Source: Candidatus Lokiarchaeum ossiferum
GTDB lineage: Archaea; Asgardarchaeota; Lokiarchaeia; Sigyniarchaeales; Promethearchaeaceae
Assembly (NCBI GenBank): GCA_025839675.1
Contig: CP104013.1
Coordinates: forward strand, 930,001 to 962,000
Length of the DNA stretch: 32,000 bases
Direction: 5' to 3'
Shown here: one piece after another, positions 25,648 to 32,000 of the stretch
Layout of the letters: each line of letters begins with the position of its first letter
Numbering within the stretch: position 1 is the stretch's first letter
Translations under genes and position numbers: made by a program
The notes under the pieces: generated by a model
The model's database searches: none
What the model saw: only the letters and a program-made list of their open reading frames with translations
Told to the model about the DNA's origin: nothing

Positions 25648-27702
25648 TTATTCTTCTTTCAAGAGTAAATTTGAAAGATAATCAATATCCCGTCCCCGCT
25701 GGGTACGTAAGAATTTAACACTATTTTCGGCAGTCTCATAATCGTGAATTACGTTAGAAACGGCGAGAGTCACTGCTAATGGATCATCGAATCCAGGATA
25801 CAATAAATTTCGACCAACAAGGGCACCTTTAATATTGGGCCCTGCTCCTAACCCTTTTTCAAAATTTATGATAGTATCCGTGGGATATCCGGTGGAAGCC
25901 CCTCCCAATAGCAAAATGGGGTTGCTAGTTGAGCGAGCAACTTGCTCAAAATTATCAACATAAGGTACTTTCAACCAAATTTTACTTGAAGATGACCCTC
26001 CAATTGCGGTAGCAACTCCAATTGTTTTGATTAAATCTACATAATTCAATTTTACTCGATACTTATTTTCTATACGTTCTACAGGCAAAGGTTCCACAAA
26101 AGCGGGTAAATTATACTTACCACATTCTCGAACCATATCAGCACAAGCAATAATAGTTTTTTGAGAATATCGGGCTTGACTTGATTGCAAATCTAAACGA
26201 AACATCATTTTTGCTCCATCTAAATTCATATCAAAAATTTCTTTTATTGTATATGCAGTGATCTGATCATCCATTTCATAATCGGAACCCGACAATCCAC
26301 CACGATTCGTACACCCAATTAAAATACGCCCATTCAACAGTGATTCACCACTTACTTCTGTAATCATATGATCTAGAGCAAATAAATCGTCAAATATATC
26401 TGGAGTCGCCATAATCCCATCAACTTTTGGATCAATCAATGTTCGAACAATCCGACCTAAATATTGTTGACGATCTCCCATGGCCACTTCATTATCGCCA
26501 ACAGTTGTAACAAATCGTGCAGGATGATCTGCTGCCACGATGATAATATTAGAATCCCAGGGGTAGGAACGTTTCTTTCTTTTCTTAGCATTCTCCAAAA
26601 TTTGAGTTGAATGTTTGATTTTATATTCAGTTAACCGGTAAAATAACCTTTCGGGAAGAAATTGGCGAGTTTTGAATCGGTAGGCTCCAATGGCATAATT
26701 AACCATGATATGAGCTTCAGCATTTTTCATAGCAGCAATTCCAGTATAGATCACCGATTCACTTGATTGATCACCTATAGGCATGACCTCTAGGGCTATT
26801 CCCCCTTCAAAATCAATGTCCATTAAAGCAATATAAAATTCTTTTAATACTGTTGGAGTCACCGCCCCATCCGGATGATCCATACTTAGGTGAAGATCCC
26901 CATACGCATTCTTTTCTTCTTCTGCAACACAATTTGCCACATGAACCCAATTTAGAAATGGTTTCAAAGATCTAATAGTCTCAACTGTTTCAGGATAACC
27001 GCCATCAAAAATGAGAAACATGTGTGAAACATCATAAAGAAGGCCAAATTCATCATAACCTTGATCAATTTTGATTGTTTCAGCCACAGTTCGAGCATCA
27101 GAGGAAGGACCTATAAGTTGATTTTTTGTTAAACTATGATCAATCCGGTCAAATAGTTCCAAGGTCATTTTCAGAGGTTTTTTCCCTAATTTTTTCGCAC
27201 ATTTCCTATTGTAGCGACACATTTCTTTAATTGATAGAATTAAAGCGCGGATTGCATGTTTTCGATCTTCAGTACAATTTGTAGTTTCTGGATCTTTTCC
27301 GCTTAAGAAACAAAATGCCTTGGCATCAATCTCATAGGCTTCATCAATCAAATTTCTCATTCGATCCACAGCGTTAGAACGCTCAATTTCATTGATGGAA
27401 GAAATATCAGTTGGTTCTATCAGGTGATCCTCATTAATCAATTGAACGGGTTGCGCACAAAAAGAGACATAAAAATTCTCTTTCTTGTATAATGCAGCCA
27501 TTTTCTTACGTAACATCGGATCTTTAATGGTTGTTACTTCAATTCCATTAAAATAATTTGTATTTTTTATCGAGTTAAAAGATTCCACCATAAATTTTTC
27601 GGAAGCTTCACCTAATAAGGTGGTTTTTCCATGACGTGGGCCTGGAAAAGCCATAAAATGTACAATACTTTTGATATTTTTTTCAAATGCCATTTTTTTC
27701 AT
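25648..27702 (-). CDS. two-barrel fusion protein: xylose-isomerase-like TIM barrel (N) plus DeoC/FbaB/LacD-type class-I-aldolase-like barrel (C)
   Basis: Residues about 1-350 show sugar isomerase/epimerase (AP-endonuclease-2 fold) blocks: MTLELFDR, LLYDVSHMF, WVHVANC, GIALEVMP. Residues about 385-684 show aldolase-like blocks: IIVAADHPAR, VDGIMATPD, LPAFVEPLP, KIWLKVPYV (candidate Schiff-base Lys), ILLLGGAS, GALVGRNLL. It is the first gene of the minus-strand operon. Confidence 0.85.
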   Translation of the reverse strand: MKKMAFEKNIKSIVHFMAFPGPRHGKTTLLGEASEKFMVESFNSIKNTNYFNGIEVTTIKDPMLRKKMAALYKKENFYVSFCAQPVQLINEDHLIEPTDISSINEIERSNAVDRMRNLIDEAYEIDAKAFCFLSGKDPETTNCTEDRKHAIRALILSIKEMCRYNRKCAKKLGKKPLKMTLELFDRIDHSLTKNQLIGPSSDARTVAETIKIDQGYDEFGLLYDVSHMFLIFDGGYPETVETIRSLKPFLNWVHVANCVAEEEKNAYGDLHLSMDHPDGAVTPTVLKEFYIALMDIDFEGGIALEVMPIGDQSSESVIYTGIAAMKNAEAHIMVNYAIGAYRFKTRQFLPERLFYRLTEYKIKHSTQILENAKKRKKRSYPWDSNIIIVAADHPARFVTTVGDNEVAMGDRQQYLGRIVRTLIDPKVDGIMATPDIFDDLFALDHMITEVSGESLLNGRILIGCTNRGGLSGSDYEMDDQITAYTIKEIFDMNLDGAKMMFRLDLQSSQARYSQKTIIACADMVRECGKYNLPAFVEPLPVERIENKYRVKLNYVDLIKTIGVATAIGGSSSSKIWLKVPYVDNFEQVARSTSNPILLLGGASTGYPTDTIINFEKGLGAGPNIKGALVGRNLLYPGFDDPLAVTLAVSNVIHDYETAENSVKFLRTQRGRDIDYLSNLLLKEE

Positions 27703-27947
27703 CTTTTATTATTGATTTTTTTGATAATTTGAATAAGAATCATTGATTAAATTCCCCCGAACTGCTTGTAAGGGTTAGCATGCCTTGTTATAACCGAAAA
27801 ATTCCAACAATTAGCATTTTTCATTTCAATCACTTTTAATGCCAAAAACAAATAAAAAAAAGTGTTTTGAATATTTAAAAAAGAGTCAATTTCCATGGAC
27901 TTCTTGAAAATAATAGGGTAATATTGTACGAATATTCACACAAACCA

Positions 27948-28379
27948 TTATAGAAAATAAGATGAATCAACTGGTAAACGATGAGAAATTCGATTTAACG
28001 CATCAATTGTACGAGTTAAAACAAGTAGTGCATCGGCTTTAGATAAATCTTCAGTATTCGTTGTGTGATAAAATCGTTCTAAATATTCAATTACTTCTTC
28101 CAATTGAAGATATCTATGTTTTGGATTTCTTCGATGACTTGATAGTTTTAAGGTCGTGTAAGTTTTGGGTTTCTTAGATGTTTTCTTTTTCTTGGAAACA
28201 GAATGGGAATTAAAATAAAGATATGGCCGCTCTTGTATATTTTTAATTATTTCCAAAACCGTAGTAGGATTAGAAACAACTTCGCGCAAATTTGATGCAT
28301 ATATTTCTCCCCCGTTAGTTTCTATGTATTCATATACGGAATCAATTATTTCAACCATAGATCTTTTTTTTTTTTCCAT
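27948..28379 (-). CDS. hypothetical protein, possible N-terminal winged-helix, basic linker
   Basis: ATG start. The N-terminal roughly 55 aa have a three-helix pattern (IIDSVYEYIETNGGEIYASNLREVVSNPTTVLEIIKNIQ), followed by a Lys/Arg-rich linker (SKKKKTSKKPK...HRRNPKHR). It lies directly upstream of the sugar operon on the same strand. Confidence 0.55.
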   Translation of the reverse strand: MEKKKRSMVEIIDSVYEYIETNGGEIYASNLREVVSNPTTVLEIIKNIQERPYLYFNSHSVSKKKKTSKKPKTYTTLKLSSHRRNPKHRYLQLEEVIEYLERFYHTTNTEDLSKADALLVLTRTIDALNRISHRLPVDSSYFL

Positions 28380-28454
28380 ATGTAATCTTCTTCCGAATCC
28401 CTAAATAGATTTTTTGAGTGGAGTTAAGATCCCCACCATAAAGCTATAAAAAAT

Positions 28455-29531
28455 TTAGTGGTATGTCATATAAATGTGTTTGAAAAAGAGCCCAAACATA
28501 AATCCTACATCATATAGTGCCTTTTCTGTCAATTCGTTTAAAATAATCAAACCCGGATTCGAAGAATCAGAAAAAAGGAAATGTTGAGCATTATTTTCTA
28601 AGTATGTCGTTTGCTTTGAAAAATCAAGCGTTTTTAATTCCGATGGAATAGAATCTGTATCATAAACATCAGCGAATTCATCCCCAAAATGTTCCAGCAT
28701 GGTGTGAAATATGGGACTTAGTCGAGTAGCGGATTTTTTTCTATAGTGTTCGATTTTCTTAAATGAAAGATCCTTATTGCTCTCATAACCATCTTGGGAT
28801 CCAGATACGATTGCTTTTTTGAATGGTAAAAAACCATCCCTTAGCCGTTTCTGAGTGAAAACCTCGTGTCCACTATGGAGTGCGGAGAGAATTTTCATCA
28901 TTTTTTTTGGTTTCCCTAAATATTTAAAGATCTTCGAGTAAGGAACTGTTTTTGTGTGGAAAGGATGGCCCAAATCCGCTAAATAGTGAGTTGCGCGAGA
29001 ATTAAAACGCCAATACCAATACTTATTCCGATTTGATTTTGCACGTTCCGCTGCGGAAAGATAATACTGGAAACATTGACTAGTACATCCAAATTTTTTG
29101 CCAAACAATGAAAACTCCATATGGCGATATCCATGGCTACCTTTAGTCAATTTTTGGGACCAGTGAAGGTTCAAATCACAATCTAGATGCAAATCAGGCT
29201 CGGTACAATATAAAAACAGAATCTTCCAAGGTTCTATCTTCAGTTCTGGATTAGGTTTAGATGAGTACTTTCCATTCCGAATTTCACAATCAAAACATTC
29301 ATCAGGATTTAATTTAGTTTCAAAATGTGCAGATTTCTTATAGTAATCAATATGTTTGGGACCAATTCGCCAATCTTTAAAATTCGGATTAGGTTGTAAA
29401 GTCACTGGTTCAAGATCGTACATCCATTGATGAGGAAGTGTAGCATAATAGGTAAGATATTCATGGGTATAATACGGACCCCAAGCATCTTCGAGACGAG
29501 GATCTTCATGTAAAAGATAATCTACAACCAT
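28455..29531 (-). CDS. zinc-dependent phospholipase C / S1-P1 nuclease superfamily-like protein, no signal peptide
   Basis: HYLADLGHPFH (encoded about 28955-28990) has exactly the spacing of the family motif HYLxDxxxPxH (three Zn ligands). Upstream lie W-x5-H (WGPYYTHEY) and a His/Asp-rich block (DLHLDCDLNLHW...SHGYRHMEF). Downstream, LHSGHE has the H-x3-E spacing of the last ligand pair. Confidence 0.65.
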   Translation of the reverse strand: MVVDYLLHEDPRLEDAWGPYYTHEYLTYYATLPHQWMYDLEPVTLQPNPNFKDWRIGPKHIDYYKKSAHFETKLNPDECFDCEIRNGKYSSKPNPELKIEPWKILFLYCTEPDLHLDCDLNLHWSQKLTKGSHGYRHMEFSLFGKKFGCTSQCFQYYLSAAERAKSNRNKYWYWRFNSRATHYLADLGHPFHTKTVPYSKIFKYLGKPKKMMKILSALHSGHEVFTQKRLRDGFLPFKKAIVSGSQDGYESNKDLSFKKIEHYRKKSATRLSPIFHTMLEHFGDEFADVYDTDSIPSELKTLDFSKQTTYLENNAQHFLFSDSSNPGLIILNELTEKALYDVGFMFGLFFKHIYMTYH

Positions 29532-29780
29532 ATCAAATGGTAATAGGTATAGATACTGTATAAAGAATTTTCATTGCCTTCCCTAGGAACCTTCGTAATT
29601 TTTTCTTTTTTTCAACATTTCTGACCTTTTTTTGTGAGTATACTTAATCTTCTGGTATTTTTCCAGAGTTAATAATTTGAGATATATATGTTTTTTATTA
29701 GAACTAATATGTACGAATATTAATGATTCCTAATTTAAGATCCATTCAACTTTTATTTTTATTGAACGAAAAATTAAAAC

Positions 29781-32000
29781 ATGCTTCTACAGATCACATT
29801 TGGAAAAGTAATAATTGGCATAATGATTGGTTTTCTCTTATTACTTCTTATTCTAGGTATTATATGGTTCTTACTTCCCTATTATTTCAAATATATTCGT
29901 ATCCTAGATTATGATGGAACTTATGATCCAAAAAAAGATACGATCAAGAAACCTACGCCACTTTCAATCCAAACTACAATAGGAAAATTGCTGTTAGATA
30001 AAAAAAACTTAAGTTATTCCATAGATTTTGGAGGAAATCGGAAATTTACCAATGGAACAGTCCAAATATTTTATAAATCAAAATTATATTCATCCTATTC
30101 TTCTCAATTGGAGACTCAATTGACTTTTCGAGGGGAAAAACACCAAGAAGGCACGAATGATCTAGGCATTTTTCATAAAACCATTTGGACATGGCAAATC
30201 CCTCAAACTGAACTAACATTTCAAACACAGTTTTTAGAATTTCCAGAAAAAGATTACATTATATTCCAATTTCATGTTGAAGACTCTATTTCCAATATCA
30301 ATATCAAGCAAATGAAGCAACCCAACGTAAAATTTCCGTGTTTTAATAATGAAAGTTATAATCAACGAATATTGACATATCGAGATGCTCAATTTCATCC
30401 CGCTCAACGTGATTTTGATTTTGTTACAGCTCCAGTTATGCTTTTTGATGATGCTAAAAATGTCGTCATAATTTCGGCATTGGATCATTTCATTACTAAT
30501 GGAGTTGGAAAAAAACTCAATAACAAAAATGGAATGCAAATACAATGTGGAACCAATGGTCATGTTGCAATTATCCCTCAAAATCACACCCACCGCTACA
30601 TTGTCGTTTTTCATCAAGGAATAAACGAGAGTATGCGTTATTGGGGATCCTTATTGAGAAAATTTCATCACGCACCAAAAAAAGAGCGGTATTCTGACGT
30701 CGTGTGCAATTCATTAGGGTATTTCACCGATAATGGAGCCTATTACTATTACAATCCTATCAAAGGTAAAAAATTTGATCAAACACTTATAGAAGTCAAA
30801 AAGCATGCAGATCAAATGAAAATTCCCTATCAATATTACCAATTGGATAGCTGGTGGTATATTAAATCCCTTAAGAAATGGAAACGTGATATTCAAGGAT
30901 ATTTTGGAAAAATTTTAGGAGGGGGGTTATTTGGAGGTACAAAGGATTGGAGCCCAGATCCTTATGCATTTGATATGAGCCTTGAAGATTTGTATCAAAA
31001 ATTAGGACAAAAACCCTTTATAGCTCATAACCGATGGTTTTCGGATGATACAATATATGCTGACAAATTCAAATTTGATATCATCGAGAATCGCGCTCTT
31101 TCAATTGATCCGGACTTTTGGGACTATTTAATGGCTTATTGCAAAAAAAATCATATCGCTGTTTATGAACAAGACTGGCTTTCAACCCACATGGAAAAGA
31201 TGCCACGCCTTCATTCAGAAATTGGGTATGCAGAAAAGTGGTTGGAAAATATGGCTATGGCAGCCGAAAAGCATGGAATCGCTATCCAATATTGTATGGC
31301 CACCCCTGCAATAATCATGCAATCAATTCACAATAAAGCCATTACAAATTCCCGATCCGCTGAAGATTACAATCCTCGTTGGCCTCATAGATATGATGTT
31401 CCGCCGTTCTTTCAATCCTCAATGTTTTCTTCAGCTTTAGGTTTAAATGTCATTAAAGATACCTTCCAAACTACGAGAATATCAAAGATGGCAGGAGAAA
31501 AATACCCAGAACTGATGGTTCTCACGGGAGCTCTTGGAGGAGGACCCATCAGTCCGGGTGACGCAATCGGACATATGAATGCAGAATTAATAAATGCAAC
31601 TTGCCGTAAGGATGGATGGCTATATAAACCATCCCATCCTATGATTCCAGCAGATATCACATTTATCAAGAATTCAACTTACTTTATAGGCCATACATTC
31701 TCACAAATTGCGAATTATAAATGGATTTATAGTCTTACTGCGAATTTTTGGCCGAAACGAGTGAAAAATCCTGATTATTCATTAAAAGAGATCGGAATAG
31801 ATGGAAGATACATTGAGTATGATTGGTTTTCTAAAAAAACACGCCTAGTTGATACAACGAGCAAGTTTGAGGACAAGTTAGAAGAAGAGCAATATATATT
31901 TTCTATATATTCCCCCTTAATTAATAAATCCTTTGCGCTACTTGGAGATGTAAACAAAATCATCATGATGAATGATTGTGAGTTTCTCTCTTTTAATGCT
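29781..32000 (+). CDS. membrane-anchored glycoside-hydrolase-like protein, 3'-truncated by window edge (not in supplied ORF track)
   Basis: Manual codon-by-codon translation from ATG 29781 (in-frame TAA at 29775-29777) gives 740 sense codons with no stop up to base 32000. The N-terminal anchor is KVIIGIMIGFLLLLLILGIIWFLLPYYF. The central region has barrel-like motifs GYFTDNGAYYYY, YYQLDSWWY, AVYEQDWL and GGGPISPGDAIGH. The composition is clearly protein-like, unlike the antisense track ORFs here. Confidence 0.85.
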   Translation, partial: MLLQITFGKVIIGIMIGFLLLLLILGIIWFLLPYYFKYIRILDYDGTYDPKKDTIKKPTPLSIQTTIGKLLLDKKNLSYSIDFGGNRKFTNGTVQIFYKSKLYSSYSSQLETQLTFRGEKHQEGTNDLGIFHKTIWTWQIPQTELTFQTQFLEFPEKDYIIFQFHVEDSISNINIKQMKQPNVKFPCFNNESYNQRILTYRDAQFHPAQRDFDFVTAPVMLFDDAKNVVIISALDHFITNGVGKKLNNKNGMQIQCGTNGHVAIIPQNHTHRYIVVFHQGINESMRYWGSLLRKFHHAPKKERYSDVVCNSLGYFTDNGAYYYYNPIKGKKFDQTLIEVKKHADQMKIPYQYYQLDSWWYIKSLKKWKRDIQGYFGKILGGGLFGGTKDWSPDPYAFDMSLEDLYQKLGQKPFIAHNRWFSDDTIYADKFKFDIIENRALSIDPDFWDYLMAYCKKNHIAVYEQDWLSTHMEKMPRLHSEIGYAEKWLENMAMAAEKHGIAIQYCMATPAIIMQSIHNKAITNSRSAEDYNPRWPHRYDVPPFFQSSMFSSALGLNVIKDTFQTTRISKMAGEKYPELMVLTGALGGGPISPGDAIGHMNAELINATCRKDGWLYKPSHPMIPADITFIKNSTYFIGHTFSQIANYKWIYSLTANFWPKRVKNPDYSLKEIGIDGRYIEYDWFSKKTRLVDTTSKFEDKLEEEQYIFSIYSPLINKSFALLGDVNKIIMMNDCEFLSFNA

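Noticed and set aside
27703-27947. Direct repeat TTAGCAT (twice, about 38 bp apart) and a weak AAGG...CCTT hairpin upstream of the sugar operon, considered as operator or riboswitch
   Set aside because: A 7-bp repeat in AT-rich DNA is expected by chance, and the stems are only 4-5 bp. No conserved riboswitch core is recognisable by eye.
29723-31966. Track ORFs 29723-29914(+), 30046-30228(-), 30234-30617(-), 30714-30896(-), 31412-31669(-) and 31775-31966(-)
   Set aside because: All are superseded by the 740-codon + strand frame starting at 29781. Their translations are low-complexity or antisense-like, while the long frame has protein-like composition and a TM anchor.
1-32000. CRISPR arrays, tRNA/rRNA genes, transposases/integrases, prophage or long inverted/direct repeats
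   Set aside because: I scanned the intergenic regions and the ORF translations. I found no regularly spaced repeats, no GC-rich structured-RNA islands, no DDE/tyrosine-recombinase-like ORFs and no flanking repeat pairs.

Overview
This is an AT-rich, gene-dense chromosomal segment (by eye about two-thirds A+T) with about 25 protein-coding genes. I found no rRNA, tRNA, CRISPR array, transposase/integrase or long repeat. Oligo-T tracts follow many stop codons, TATA-like boxes sit upstream of genes, and GGAG/GGTG Shine-Dalgarno-like motifs are present. These signals, plus a Ras/Arf-type small GTPase with a longin/roadblock-like N-terminal extension, suggest an archaeon, possibly Asgard/Loki-like; this is inference, not proof.

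Gene content, left to right:
- carB 3' half
- longin-like small GTPase fusion
- ABC-2 ATPase plus a 582-aa polytopic permease
- a longin-like protein with two winged-helix-like segments (NPRL2/FLCN-like by recollection)
- cytoplasmic PAS/histidine-kinase/receiver hybrid
- 1247-aa RapA-like SNF2 ATPase
- MFS transporter fused to a roughly 280-aa helical tail
- 2TM-domain membrane protein and PadR regulator operon
- a 69-aa protein with seven CxxC motifs
- a zinc-ribbon protein of unknown function
- MacB/LolCDE-type ABC pair followed by a PNPOx-like fusion
- a four-gene minus-strand sugar-acid operon: a gene fusing a xylose-isomerase-like barrel to a class-I-aldolase-like barrel, then Fe-ADH, PfkB kinase and UxaC
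- a zinc phospholipase-C-like protein without a signal peptide
- a 740-codon plus-strand open frame (29781 to the window end) that is absent from the supplied ORF track

The most interesting candidates are the non-canonical UxaC operon with its fusion enzyme, the longin/GTPase-related genes at 1.5-6.4 kb, and the untracked membrane-anchored glycosidase-like gene.
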